Of a stretch of DNA of 64,000 bases, positions 28,551 through 38,891 are shown piece after piece. Source of the DNA: an uncultured Candidatus Saccharibacteria bacterium (GTDB lineage Bacteria > Patescibacteriota > Minisyncoccia > Phycocordibacterales > UBA9973); assembly GCA_964404925.1 (NCBI GenBank), contig CAYOLW010000003.1, positions 575-64,574 of the forward strand, read 5' to 3'. The notes under the pieces were generated by a model. That model saw only the letters and a program-made list of their open reading frames with translations, was not told where the DNA came from and did no database searches. The position numbers and the translations under genes are program-made. Numbering within the stretch: position 1 is the stretch's first letter; each line of letters starts with the position of its first letter.

Positions 28551-30224
28551 TTATACTATATCAACAATTCTAAGACGTAACTCTTCTCTACCTCGGAAAC
28601 GAGACAAATCAAAAGTCGCGTATAAATCCACATGCGCACCTTGAGAAATATCTGCTTTAAATGATTCAGGATTAGAGAAAAATGATATTGCTTCGACTTC
28701 TTTGCCTTGTTCATTAACCACAGTAATAGATAAATGTTCCCCGCTGTTATTTTTCCCGAACTGTCGAGCTTTTGTTATTTTTACCTTTTCAAATAAAAAA
28801 ACAGGCTTTGGATTACCCAGACCAAACGGTGCCATTTTACCTATTTCTTTCCAATTCTTCATTGTTACCATGTTTAAATCAAGTTTCAAATCAAAATTTA
28901 TTTCACTTCCTTCAGATGGCTTTTTGACTTTATGAAAGCTTTCGTTTAATGATTCTTCCAGAAAATGAATCTTGTTTGTATGCACACTAAATCCACCTGC
29001 CAGTTCATGCCCACCATAATTAATAAAATATTCAGTACTCTGAGACATCAACTCGACTACAGACACAGACCCAGGAGAACGGCATGAACCCTTAATGACA
29101 TCATTTTCATCTTTGGCCCAAACAAAGACTGGCTTATCGTATTCATCCATAACCTTCCCTGCCACAAGCCCAAGCACCCCCACCTTCCACTTGGGATTAC
29201 CTATTACCACCACATCACCCAACTCACGCTTCTCAAAGCTGTGTTTAACTTCTTTCATGATTGAAAGTACAGTATGCTTACGCTCGTCATTAATTTTTGT
29301 CAGGTGCTCTGCCAAACCTACCGCCTTTTTGTCATCCTTTGATGCCAGTAATTCATACGCCCGCATCGGGTCGTCCATGCGTGAAGCTGCATTGATTCGT
29401 GGAGTCAGCATAAATCCAACATCATCTTCGTTCAAATATTTCTGATCTATCTTCATAATACTCAGCAGTTTTTGCAATCCTGGACGGGGAGATTTACGCA
29501 GAACCATCAATCCAAAATATGCTATAGCCCGATTTTCACCAGTGAGCGGAACCATATCAGAAAGAGTTGCAAGTCCAGCCATATCAAGCAACCACTTTTC
29601 CCAACCTTCTGGAGTTCCCGGACGTTGGACGTCGAGACTCCCAGACGTCCAACGTCCGGGAACCAACCCTTGTACAAGTTTAAACACTACCCCTGCACCA
29701 CACAGCATGGACTCAGGATATTCATCTGTTTTTGGATTTAAAATAGCGAAAGCTTTCGGCAATTTTTCGTGAGGTAAATGGTGATCGGTTACGATGACAT
29801 CTATGCCATACGAATTAGCCAAATCAATTTCTTCTATGGCAGTGGTGCCTAGGTCGATGGTGATTATTAAATTTACATCTTTATCTTTGAACTCCTCTAT
29901 GGCCTCTATGTTTAACCCGTAGCCTTCAGCGTTGCGGCTCGGTATATATATTTCAAAGTTTTTAAAACCAATTTTTTCAAAAAAATCATGTATAATTACC
30001 GCCCCTGGTATACCGTCCGCATCATAATCGGCGTACACCACCACTTTTTCATTAGCATTTATGGCGTGCATTATTCGGGTACAAGCTTTTTCCATATCAC
30101 GCATTAAAAAAGGATCGTGCATATCGCGTTCATAATCTGGGTTTAAAAAAATATCTGCTTCCGCTTCAGTCTTTATCCCTCTCTTTATCAAAAGTTCCCG
30201 TAGTAGTTCATGAAATTTACCCAT
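28551..30224 (-). CDS. recJ: Single-stranded-DNA-specific exonuclease RecJ
   Basis: DYDADG, EGYG, TDHH, LCGAGV, PRINAA.R, GSCRS, GGHELAGG, PFGLGN. Confidence 0.95.
   Translation of the reverse strand: MGKFHELLRELLIKRGIKTEAEADIFLNPDYERDMHDPFLMRDMEKACTRIMHAINANEKVVVYADYDADGIPGAVIIHDFFEKIGFKNFEIYIPSRNAEGYGLNIEAIEEFKDKDVNLIITIDLGTTAIEEIDLANSYGIDVIVTDHHLPHEKLPKAFAILNPKTDEYPESMLCGAGVVFKLVQGLVPGRWTSGSLDVQRPGTPEGWEKWLLDMAGLATLSDMVPLTGENRAIAYFGLMVLRKSPRPGLQKLLSIMKIDQKYLNEDDVGFMLTPRINAASRMDDPMRAYELLASKDDKKAVGLAEHLTKINDERKHTVLSIMKEVKHSFEKRELGDVVVIGNPKWKVGVLGLVAGKVMDEYDKPVFVWAKDENDVIKGSCRSPGSVSVVELMSQSTEYFINYGGHELAGGFSVHTNKIHFLEESLNESFHKVKKPSEGSEINFDLKLDLNMVTMKNWKEIGKMAPFGLGNPKPVFLFEKVKITKARQFGKNNSGEHLSITVVNEQGKEVEAISFFSNPESFKADISQGAHVDLYATFDLSRFRGREELRLRIVDIV
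29614..29663. repeat. Palindromic element (perfect 20-bp inverted repeat) in-frame in recJ
   Basis: gttcccggacgttggacgtc-gagactccca-gacgtccaacgtccgggaac; encodes VPGRWTSGSLDVQRPGT. Confidence 0.85.
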
Positions 30225-30260
30225 GAACCCAATTTTAACACATTTTGGTATAATAAAATT

Positions 30261-30668
30261 ATGGACAATAATACATGCGTTTTTTGTAAAATAGTTGCTG
30301 GTGAGATTCCAAGTTATAAAATATATGAAGATGAAAAATTCTTGGCCTTTCTGGATATTTTCCCCGCTACTGAAGGATATACGTTAGTAATACCTAAAGA
30401 CCATTTCCGCTGGGTATGGGACGTAACAAATATTGGTGAATATTTTGAAGTATGCAAAAAAGTGGCTAAACATTTGGGTGAAGTTGCTGGCACACCAGTG
30501 TACTCGATGACCCTCGGCGAAGAAGTACCTCATGCGCATGTACGCCTCTTCCCCGCTAATCAGAATATCAAAGATGCACTAGTAAAGTTCGTCGCTGACA
30601 CCAAAACACCTGCCCCCCTTGATAACGAAAGTCTCCAAAAGATTCAAGAAAAATATAAAATAATATAA
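30261..30668 (+). CDS. HIT family nucleotide hydrolase
   Basis: CVFCKIVAGEIP, AFLDI.P, LVIPK.H, VPHAHVR. Confidence 0.9.
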   Translation: MDNNTCVFCKIVAGEIPSYKIYEDEKFLAFLDIFPATEGYTLVIPKDHFRWVWDVTNIGEYFEVCKKVAKHLGEVAGTPVYSMTLGEEVPHAHVRLFPANQNIKDALVKFVADTKTPAPLDNESLQKIQEKYKII

Positions 30669-30670
30669 AA

Positions 30671-31735
30671 TTATTTCAATGCTTTTATCCCAGGCAAAGT
30701 GCCTTTGGCCAAGAAGTCGAGAGTGGCACCGCCGCCGGTGGAGACAAAGGTAAATTTTTTCTCCATTTTCATTTCAGAAATCATTTCTACGGTGTCACCT
30801 CCGCCGATGATACTTTTAGCATTACCTTTAGCAATTAATTTCAATATTTGTTTAGTACCATCACCTCCCCCAACCTCATATTTACCAAGTGGTCCGTTCC
30901 ATAGTATCATCTTGGACTTTTTTATATATTTAGAAAGTTCGTCTATTGATACCGGTCCCAAGTCTAATATATTTTCACCATTTTGAATTTCATTAATATT
31001 TCGAAGAATCTTTTTGTCTTTTGATATAACAAAAGAATCCTTGGGTAAAATTATCTTTTTATTTTTTAAAATATTCTTTGGAACAGATATTGTGTTATCA
31101 ACGAGAGATGAACCCACATTAATACCCAATGTCTCAAGGAAGTCATTAGCTAGCGCCCCACCGACGTATACATAGTCAGCGATGCTCAAGTATTTTTTAA
31201 TAAGTGGTAATTTAGTAGAAAACTTAGCACCACCCAAGATAAACAAAAATGGATGTTTCGGATTTTTAAATACACTGGAAAGGTGTTTTATTTCTTCCTC
31301 TAGTTGTAATCCTGCGTAACTTGGCAAATATTTAGGAATACCAACAACTGATGTGTGGAAACGGTGTGATACAGAAAAAGCATCATTCACGTATATATCA
31401 CAATCTTTAGCAAATTGTTTAGCCAGATTTTTATCATTCTCTTCTTCACCTTTAAAGCTACGTACATTCGGCATAAATTCTACTGAAGATTTTGGCAGTT
31501 TAGATAACCGGAAAAATTCTCGAGCCACCGGTGCGATATCTGCACTACCATCTTTACCTAAGTGTATTAGAATTTTTACCTTAGCACCTTTTTTAACCAA
31601 ATATTCTATGGTAGGTATACCCTTTTTTATTCTAAAGTTATCTATAATTTTATTATCCTTAATGGGTACATTAAAATCCGCACGTAATAAAACTATCTTA
31701 CCCTTTAAGCTCTTTAATGATTTAACGTTCTGCAT
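30671..31735 (-). CDS. pgk: Phosphoglycerate kinase
   Basis: RADFNVP, VNDAF..SHR, GGAK, WNGPLG, GGGDT, STGGGA. Confidence 0.95.
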   Translation of the reverse strand: MQNVKSLKSLKGKIVLLRADFNVPIKDNKIIDNFRIKKGIPTIEYLVKKGAKVKILIHLGKDGSADIAPVAREFFRLSKLPKSSVEFMPNVRSFKGEEENDKNLAKQFAKDCDIYVNDAFSVSHRFHTSVVGIPKYLPSYAGLQLEEEIKHLSSVFKNPKHPFLFILGGAKFSTKLPLIKKYLSIADYVYVGGALANDFLETLGINVGSSLVDNTISVPKNILKNKKIILPKDSFVISKDKKILRNINEIQNGENILDLGPVSIDELSKYIKKSKMILWNGPLGKYEVGGGDGTKQILKLIAKGNAKSIIGGGDTVEMISEMKMEKKFTFVSTGGGATLDFLAKGTLPGIKALK

Positions 31736-32489
31736 TTTCTGTTAGTTCAATAATTTTAATTAATTTTTTCGAATCCAAGCTTGCCCTTCCTACCAAAAAT
31801 CCATCGGCTTTACCGTCTAATAAAAACGGCAGAGTGTCTTCGGGTGTAACTGAGCCACCGTATATAATCCTAATTCCTTCAACATTCTTACCCCCAAATT
31901 TATCGTTCAAAACTTTTCGTATAAAAATACTCATTTCAAAGAACTCTGCTGGTGTGGCAGGTCTTGGTGCATTATTGCCTATTGCCCAAATAGGTTCATA
32001 AGCTATAACAACACTGTTTAGCGCACTCTTTGAAACACCCTCTAAGCATTCTTCAATCTGAGTTTTAACAAAACCTAAATAGGTATGCTCTGGGTCACGC
32101 TCTTTCTCACCGAGACAAAGCACGGGTACTATTCCATTTGAAAGTAATGATTTAATCTTTTTATTTATATCTTCGTTTTTCTCACCCATAGCCCTGCGCT
32201 CTGAGTGTCCGACTATTGTGTACTTAACTTTCAAATTAATTAGCATAGCTGTCGATACCTCCCCTGTCTCTGCACCCACATCTCCTGGATACACATTTTG
32301 TGACCCTAATTTTAGTTTACCCATACTGTCTTTCTTTAACCCATCCAGAAAAACAAACGGGGCACAAGCTACCGTATCAATCTTTTTTATTTTAGATAGA
32401 CCATCTTTAATTTCTTTAAAGAGTTTAGTAGCCTCCTTGCTACTAACTGGATTCATTTTCCAATTACCAATGACAATTCTTTTTTGCAT
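31722..32489 (-). CDS. tpiA: Triosephosphate isomerase
   Basis: GNWKMN, GHSERR, AYEPIWAIG, YGGSV, LVGRAS. Confidence 0.97.
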   Translation of the reverse strand: MQKRIVIGNWKMNPVSSKEATKLFKEIKDGLSKIKKIDTVACAPFVFLDGLKKDSMGKLKLGSQNVYPGDVGAETGEVSTAMLINLKVKYTIVGHSERRAMGEKNEDINKKIKSLLSNGIVPVLCLGEKERDPEHTYLGFVKTQIEECLEGVSKSALNSVVIAYEPIWAIGNNAPRPATPAEFFEMSIFIRKVLNDKFGGKNVEGIRIIYGGSVTPEDTLPFLLDGKADGFLVGRASLDSKKLIKIIELTENAER

Positions 32490-32510
32490 GGGTAAATTAT
32501 ACCATAGTCC

Positions 32511-34289
32511 CTATTCAGTCTCTTTCCAATCGGACAAATTTATCACAGGTACATTAGTAGTAGGTCCAGAAGTAAATGAAACATGTGCTAATCCAGAATC
32601 ATATCTGACCGTAGAATTCCCAGAAACAACCAACCTATAAGCTGTAGCCTCCTGCACATCTGCTCCACCTGAAATATTCATTGTTCCGTTTGGCGCGTAT
32701 AATATTACAGCCCCGGAACCTCCAGAGAGACTAACAGCTGATCCAGAAGAACTAGTAGTTAAAAGCATGATATAACTTTCAGGGTCTCCTGATCCAGTTG
32801 CATCAGATCCACCACCGATAGTTATAGTTCCGTCAGATACAATAACTCCATCAGAAGATCCATAGCTAGAGGAAAGTCTAATCTGACTGCCTCCAGTCAG
32901 GCTAATATTACCAGCTACCCATAAAGTACCAGCTACAGTTAATATTGCACCTCCCCCTACTGTCAGATTACCTGTAATTTTAGTGGGTCCAATAGTTGCA
33001 CTACCACTTGGTAAATTATAATTACCAGCCACTATTCCTCCGGCTTCTGCCTCTGTCTTCCATCCGGTTATTGTTGCATCTGAAATTGGGTAATCTATGT
33101 ATTGTGGATCTGATTGTGAGGTACAAGATTTATTATTTCCTGTACCTGATTGGCAATATATAAGCCCAGTCGCATTAGTATAATTAACAGTATTTGCCTG
33201 AGCTGTTCCTAAGGTTGTACCAACACGTAAAGGATTCCATTGACTACCCGAAGACCCTGCAATACGACCTGTTAACCCTCCTAAATATAACTTAAAGAAA
33301 TAATCATAACCAAGGTTAGCCCAAGGACCGTTAAATTGACCAGTTAGACCAATACCAGCAGAATAAGAAGTCATACCATCATCACTCGCTCCAATCACAT
33401 AGTATCTACTAGCATTGGTTGTAGAAGAATCAATTACCAACCAATAAGGTGTACCTATGCTTAAAATCGGGTTAGAATTAAACGAAACTTCAACCCAACT
33501 ATATGCAGTAGATACAGAAGAAGCAGGTAATGTACCACTAGCATAAATAGTAGTACCTGGAACTCCAGCAGAGTTGTTAACTATCTTAACAGTCAAATTA
33601 CTAGGGGAATTAACTTTTTTTATATAAAATTGGACTTTGCTTAAAGGAGCAGAGGTATTAACCATAAAACCCTGAGCTATGTCTTGTGTGCTATTAGTGT
33701 TACCAAAAGCCCTGTCATAAATCTGGATACCTGTACCATTAGACTGATCTATATAAGAAACAGCACTACTAGCTGAAACAGCTGTTCCTGTAATAGAAGA
33801 GGAGCTGTCTCCAGTTATTGGACCATTAGCATAAACATTACCAACAATAGTACTACTAGTTAAATCAACTCCACCTAAACCAACTTGCACACCATAATAA
33901 AATGGCACATCTACCGACCAACTAAATTGAGTTGCTATCTTTCTTTGATAACTATTAACACTACTTAATGAAACTATATCTATAGGTGTGGTTGGTGTAA
34001 TAATATCTGGTATTATTGTTGTAACTGTATTATCCCCAATTGTAATAACCTCACTAGTGCCTATTGTAATATGATTTTTAAATCGATAGAGAGCATCCTC
34101 ACTACCAGATTCAGCTAAAAAATATGCATCCTTAGAGTCTAAATTCAAACGTCCAGTAGCATAATCACGCACTGTTGGAGAAACTAACCCAGCTATTGTT
34201 GTAAGTGATATAAATAAAAATACAACCACTGATAACATCATTGCTTGACCCCCGTTTGTTTTTATTTTTTTTATTGTGTTTCTTTCCAT
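32511..34289 (-). CDS. PilX/GspK-like minor pilin with large adhesin-like C-terminus (paralog 3)
   Basis: G|QAMMLSVV prepilin site without E5, AYFLAESG.EDA, central beta-sandwich (AQGF...FYIKKV.SP...PG), Gly-rich beta-helix tail. Confidence 0.8.
   Translation of the reverse strand: MERNTIKKIKTNGGQAMMLSVVVFLFISLTTIAGLVSPTVRDYATGRLNLDSKDAYFLAESGSEDALYRFKNHITIGTSEVITIGDNTVTTIIPDIITPTTPIDIVSLSSVNSYQRKIATQFSWSVDVPFYYGVQVGLGGVDLTSSTIVGNVYANGPITGDSSSSITGTAVSASSAVSYIDQSNGTGIQIYDRAFGNTNSTQDIAQGFMVNTSAPLSKVQFYIKKVNSPSNLTVKIVNNSAGVPGTTIYASGTLPASSVSTAYSWVEVSFNSNPILSIGTPYWLVIDSSTTNASRYYVIGASDDGMTSYSAGIGLTGQFNGPWANLGYDYFFKLYLGGLTGRIAGSSGSQWNPLRVGTTLGTAQANTVNYTNATGLIYCQSGTGNNKSCTSQSDPQYIDYPISDATITGWKTEAEAGGIVAGNYNLPSGSATIGPTKITGNLTVGGGAILTVAGTLWVAGNISLTGGSQIRLSSSYGSSDGVIVSDGTITIGGGSDATGSGDPESYIMLLTTSSSGSAVSLSGGSGAVILYAPNGTMNISGGADVQEATAYRLVVSGNSTVRYDSGLAHVSFTSGPTTNVPVINLSDWKETE
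33770..33831. repeat. 62-nt near-identical repeat shared with 35512-35573
   Basis: 59/62 identical by manual comparison (encodes ANGPITGDSSSSITG.AVSA). Confidence 0.85.
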
Positions 34290-36025
34290 TTTCCTACTGA
34301 AAAACCAGCCTCACTTCCAGAGGCAAAATGCATATCAGCTAAACCAGATTCATAAGTCACATCCGAACCTCCCGATACCACTATGCGCTTTGCGGTACCT
34401 CCTTTCAAATCAGCTCCACCAGAAATATTCAATGTACCTTCTGCTGCATATAATATAACGGCCCCCGAACCCCCAGAAACAGAAGCGGCACTACCGGATG
34501 TGCTTTCACTTAAAAGTAAAAGATAACTACCAGCTTCTCCTGACCCAGTTGCATCAGCACCACCAGAAATACTTATGTTTCCACCCGCAACTGCTACGCC
34601 ATCATCTTCACCATAATCAGCAGAAAGCTTCATTAATGCGCCTCCGGAGATACTTATGTTTCCAGTAACCCACAGCGTACCAGTTACAGTTAGAGTTCCA
34701 CCTCCAGAAATACTTAAATTACCTTCAATTTTTTTAGGGCCCAAAGTTGCACCGGCCCAACCAACAGAGTAATTACCACTATGTATGCCGCCGGCTTCTG
34801 CCTCACTTTTCCAAGCACCGATAGTAGCATCATCTATTGGCATATCAGCATAAGTTGGGTCAGTTCCCGGAGAACAGCTTTTGTTATTACCCGTACCTTC
34901 TTGGCAGTTTAGAGTACCTGTTACGTTTACATAATTTACTGTATGCGCTGCTGCATTACCAGACACAGTACCTATATGTAATTGATTCCATTGACTCTCC
35001 CCTTGGATAGACCCAGCCGCACCACCTGTATAAATTCTAAAGAAATAATCTATTCCCGATGGAGCTGTATCCGTCCAAGCACCAGAATACTGTCCAGTTT
35101 TACCAACACCGCTAGCATAGCCATTAGCATTTCCACCAATCATATAGTATTTGGTATTACTTACACTTGCATCTAGCACCAGCCAATATGTTGTTCCAGC
35201 TGTGAGTGTTGGGCTTGTGCCAAAGCTAACTGTTACCCAAGTATAAGAACTAGACACCGAGACAGCAGTCAGTGTTGTACTAGCAATAGTCGTGGTCCCA
35301 GGAACACCGCTTGAATCATTAACCAAACGGACCGTTATGTTGTTTGGAGTACTTACTTTTTTTAAGTAAAACTGTGCTTGATTTAAAGTAGTATTAGTAG
35401 GTACTGAAAAACTCTCCGCAACATCCTGATTGGCACTAGTCTTACCAAAAATTACATTATAAGTTGGCGTACCTGTTCCGTTAAACTGATTAAGTCCAAA
35501 ATCAGGGCTATTAGCTGAAACAGCTGAACCTGTAATAGAAGAAGAGCTGTCTCCAGTTATTGGACCATTAGCAAATACGCTACCTATTACATTACTTCCT
35601 CCGGTAACATCAAATCCACCTGTTCCGGACTGCAAACTATAATCAAAAGAAGCTGTTGTGCCTTCCTCAAGGGTCAAATCAATTTCTCGGTTAATATTAT
35701 TTTTATCACCAAAAGAACTAATATGCATAACACCATCAATACGCCCAGCATTAGTAGTAACCTCACCATTATTTAAAGCTAGGATTTCTGTCTCATCAAC
35801 CTCTATATTGTTTAGCAATCTATACAAAACATCTTCTGTGCCTGATTCACTTAAATAATAAGTTTGTTTTGATTCTGTATCCAGACTCACAATCTTATAT
35901 CCACGGGCAACTGGCGATACTAAACCAGAAATAACAACCAAGGACAACAAAATAAAAAACAAAACAGAAAACAACATGGCTTGTCCACTGTTTTTAGATA
36001 ATTGATTGTATTTCTTAATGTACAT
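34271..36025 (-). CDS. PilX/GspK-like minor pilin with large adhesin-like C-terminus (paralog 2)
   Basis: G|QAMLFSVL, YYLSESG.ED; full-length paralog of 32511-34289. Confidence 0.8.
   Translation of the reverse strand: MYIKKYNQLSKNSGQAMLFSVLFFILLSLVVISGLVSPVARGYKIVSLDTESKQTYYLSESGTEDVLYRLLNNIEVDETEILALNNGEVTTNAGRIDGVMHISSFGDKNNINREIDLTLEEGTTASFDYSLQSGTGGFDVTGGSNVIGSVFANGPITGDSSSSITGSAVSANSPDFGLNQFNGTGTPTYNVIFGKTSANQDVAESFSVPTNTTLNQAQFYLKKVSTPNNITVRLVNDSSGVPGTTTIASTTLTAVSVSSSYTWVTVSFGTSPTLTAGTTYWLVLDASVSNTKYYMIGGNANGYASGVGKTGQYSGAWTDTAPSGIDYFFRIYTGGAAGSIQGESQWNQLHIGTVSGNAAAHTVNYVNVTGTLNCQEGTGNNKSCSPGTDPTYADMPIDDATIGAWKSEAEAGGIHSGNYSVGWAGATLGPKKIEGNLSISGGGTLTVTGTLWVTGNISISGGALMKLSADYGEDDGVAVAGGNISISGGADATGSGEAGSYLLLLSESTSGSAASVSGGSGAVILYAAEGTLNISGGADLKGGTAKRIVVSGGSDVTYESGLADMHFASGSEAGFSVGKWKETQ
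35964..36000. repeat. 37-nt exact repeat shared with 37322-37358 (prepilin cleavage region SKNSGQAMLFSV)
   Basis: acagaaaacaacatggcttgtccactgtttttagata is identical in both genes. Confidence 0.9.
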
Positions 36026-36027
36026 TT

Positions 36028-37407
36028 TTATATTTCTTTCCACTCTTTTATATCCCAAGTATATAATATTGGTGAAAAAGAAACAGTAGTAGTGGTGGAT
36101 CTACTAGATAATATTGTATTCATACTAGTTAGTGTTGCTTTATAACCAGAAGTTATCCGAGTAAATCCTTCTTCATCGTTCGACTGAACATCTATATGAC
36201 CGTGTGGTGCATAAACTATTAAAGCAGAAGCAGAAGAACCCGTACTAATCAAATCTACAGCATCCATTGCGCCCCCATTTTCCGCATCATTATTCTGCGA
36301 TACTAATACAACAAAAGAGTCAGGTCCAATACCCGTCGAAGCAGAACGCGTATTAATTGAAATCTGACTGCTAGTTGTTCGATTGGTTGGCTTATCAGCT
36401 ATAACCATAACACTGCTGCCAACTGGAATACTAGGACCCACTAACAATCGCGAAGAACCAGTCATATTAATATTACCTTTTACCCAAACAGGACCATTAA
36501 TAGTCACTTGAGCTGTATCCGAAATATTCACAGAATCGCAGTTAATCATAATGGGACCCAAGACTGTATTAGTATTTAGATTGTAAGGACAAACACCTTT
36601 GTAAATTCCACCAGCTAAAGCTGCTTGTTCCATAAATTCTATTGCCGAGTCGGTAATTGGTAATGGATATTCTTGAGTATCTGGTGAGTTATCAAAACAC
36701 CTTGGATTAGGACACAATGCCCCAGAAACAAGAGATGTACCATCAATGCTTTGGTAATAAGCAGAGCCAGCGATGACAGAATTTATTATTGTGTGGGCTA
36801 CCGCATTGTATGAACTATTTATAATTCTTAAATTACTAATAAGTCCACTAGATCCACTAGAAGTGATTCCACCACTATTTACTATATTAGAATTTGAACC
36901 AGTCACTGGGCCTTGTGAAGTAATGGTACCGAATACTGAAGAATTTCCTCCTTGTGCCAACAATCCTCCTTTTCCAAACTGGAGGCCTGACTGGAACACT
37001 ATTCCAAATGGAACTTGAATTTCAAAAACAATCTTTCTATTTCGGTTAGATATATTAGCGGAAGAAATTACATTTATCTGACCATCAACCATTGAGTCAA
37101 TTTCTACATTGGCACTATCATACCCAAGAGATAAATTGTAACTACCAGTATTTATTAAAGGTAAATTTTGTAAAAGACGGTAATAAACATCTTCAACACC
37201 AGATTCAGCCAAATAATAACTACGCCCAGATAGCCAGGAATCTCTAACTATTCGGTAATCACGCACAGTAGGAGAAACAAGCCCAGCCATTGTAGTAAGT
37301 GTTATGAAAATAAAAAGCACCACAGAAAACAACATGGCTTGTCCACTGTTTTTAGATATATTATTTGTTTTTTCTTTCAGCTTATTTATTAAAAAAAAGT
37401 TAGACAT
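36028..37407 (-). CDS. PilX/GspK-like minor pilin (paralog 1, lacks the central beta-sandwich)
   Basis: G|QAMLFSVV, YYLAESGVED, beta-helix C-terminus, W.E ending as in its paralogs. Confidence 0.8.
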   Translation of the reverse strand: MSNFFLINKLKEKTNNISKNSGQAMLFSVVLFIFITLTTMAGLVSPTVRDYRIVRDSWLSGRSYYLAESGVEDVYYRLLQNLPLINTGSYNLSLGYDSANVEIDSMVDGQINVISSANISNRNRKIVFEIQVPFGIVFQSGLQFGKGGLLAQGGNSSVFGTITSQGPVTGSNSNIVNSGGITSSGSSGLISNLRIINSSYNAVAHTIINSVIAGSAYYQSIDGTSLVSGALCPNPRCFDNSPDTQEYPLPITDSAIEFMEQAALAGGIYKGVCPYNLNTNTVLGPIMINCDSVNISDTAQVTINGPVWVKGNINMTGSSRLLVGPSIPVGSSVMVIADKPTNRTTSSQISINTRSASTGIGPDSFVVLVSQNNDAENGGAMDAVDLISTGSSASALIVYAPHGHIDVQSNDEEGFTRITSGYKATLTSMNTILSSRSTTTTVSFSPILYTWDIKEWKEI

Positions 37408-37904
37408 TAATAACTTCCCCTCAGAACCAAAGTATTGTTAAAGTCCTCGGTACGAGTTGAACCATAACGATTAGACTTAACAGTCATAGTAATCCTAATG
37501 GCTATGCTGTTAGTTGTAGTGATTTGGGTAAAATTAAGAGCTGAAATAGCTAAATTAGTAGAATTTAAATTACCAGTCAACACATCATTTTCACGTAACT
37601 CTAAATTAGTGCCATTTAAAGTAAATGTTATAGTTTTTGGGTTATCACTAGAATCTTCGGTATTTAATTTTAAACTACTTGAGCTAATAGTATTAACACT
37701 ATTAGCTAGTCGTATTTCTCTTGATATACGTTCAAGCACTTGATTAGTTTGATTAATATCAGCAGTAACTTGAGTGTCCCTGAACGCAGAGATCATTGTT
37801 AATGTTGCTCTAACAAGAATTAATGATACAATCGCGAAAAGTGAAATATAAAAAAGCGTTTCTATTAAAGAAAAACCTTTATTTTTTTTATTTAAATTAA
37901 TCAT
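37407..37904 (-). CDS. PilW/GspJ-like minor pilin
   Basis: KG|FSLIE prepilin site, LERISREIR.A, terminal LRG. Confidence 0.85.
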   Translation of the reverse strand: MINLNKKNKGFSLIETLFYISLFAIVSLILVRATLTMISAFRDTQVTADINQTNQVLERISREIRLANSVNTISSSSLKLNTEDSSDNPKTITFTLNGTNLELRENDVLTGNLNSTNLAISALNFTQITTTNSIAIRITMTVKSNRYGSTRTEDFNNTLVLRGSY

Positions 37905-38392
37905 TCAAATAAATCAGTTAAATATAATGACAGCGTCTTGGTTTTAATATTACCGCCTTCGGGCCAAGAAACAGACACAGTAACAAGTCTCGTACCAGCA
38001 TCTTCTGTTCCACCAGAAGAAACTATATCACCTGTAGTACTATCGCGATTTACATACGCAAAATTTATTGTTCGAGTAAAAATACCATTTGAAGTGGCTT
38101 CATTTTTATCAGTTGTGTATAACCACTCTGTTCCATTAAATTTTAAATAATGAGTAGTCCCTACTGTAGCATCGGATAATGTTGTCCAATTTTTATCTCT
38201 AATAACTCTAACAACTTCAGCTCCTTCTTCTAAAAGAAAAGAGGCTTGTGCGTAGTGAGTGGACTGTCTAGCAACAAAAACAGATTTATTGGCGACAGCC
38301 ATAGCCGATAAAACAGCAATAGTAACAATAGTCACAGCCACTAGAATTTCTATAGAAAGAGAGCCTTTTTTATTTTTTAAAAAAAAATTCAT
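37901..38392 (-). CDS. PilV/GspI-like minor pilin
   Basis: KG|SLSIE, A.FL.EEG.E.VR, F.R.I, V.V.VSW. Confidence 0.85.
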   Translation of the reverse strand: MNFFLKNKKGSLSIEILVAVTIVTIAVLSAMAVANKSVFVARQSTHYAQASFLLEEGAEVVRVIRDKNWTTLSDATVGTTHYLKFNGTEWLYTTDKNEATSNGIFTRTINFAYVNRDSTTGDIVSSGGTEDAGTRLVTVSVSWPEGGNIKTKTLSLYLTDLFE

Positions 38393-38396
38393 TATT

Positions 38397-38852
38397 TTAA
38401 TTAACACTAATTATCCCAGTGGCACCTATTGTTATTGTTTTAGTTGCGTTTGGTACAGCCACAGTTATTGTACCAGTCTTGTTGGGCACACCAGTCAGCC
38501 TAGAAAAATACACGTCATTACCTCCACCAGATAAACTTATATTTGAAATATATGCAGGTAAAGCAATATTTATAGTTTCATCAGTACCAGATGGATAACT
38601 AGAGCCTTTAAATATTATAAGGGCATTGGTACTAAAATGCACGCCATAAGTCGAAGAATCTATTGAAGCAAGTGTTTGAGAGTTTGCTTTTTTTAATACA
38701 GAAATTATTTCAGTAGTTGCTGATTGAAGAGATTGACGATTGCGTAAGGTAGAAAAACTTGTCAAAACGACGGCCAGTATAACTAACAAAATTACTACAG
38801 CAACAAGAATCTCAATTAGAGAGACACCCTGTAGTTTTGACTTATTAATCAT
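38397..38852 (-). CDS. FimU/GspH-like minor pilin
   Basis: QG|VSLIE, YGVHF, F...TG, I.I...G. Confidence 0.85.
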   Translation of the reverse strand: MINKSKLQGVSLIEILVAVVILLVILAVVLTSFSTLRNRQSLQSATTEIISVLKKANSQTLASIDSSTYGVHFSTNALIIFKGSSYPSGTDETINIALPAYISNISLSGGGNDVYFSRLTGVPNKTGTITVAVPNATKTITIGATGIISVN

Positions 38853-38891
38853 GGTCAAATTATAACTTGATTTAACTTTTTTACCAAGCAA

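Noticed and set aside
12271-29663. CRISPR repeats or IS ends as the explanation for the palindromes
   Set aside because: Copies are isolated, not regularly spaced, and there are no cas or transposase genes in the window
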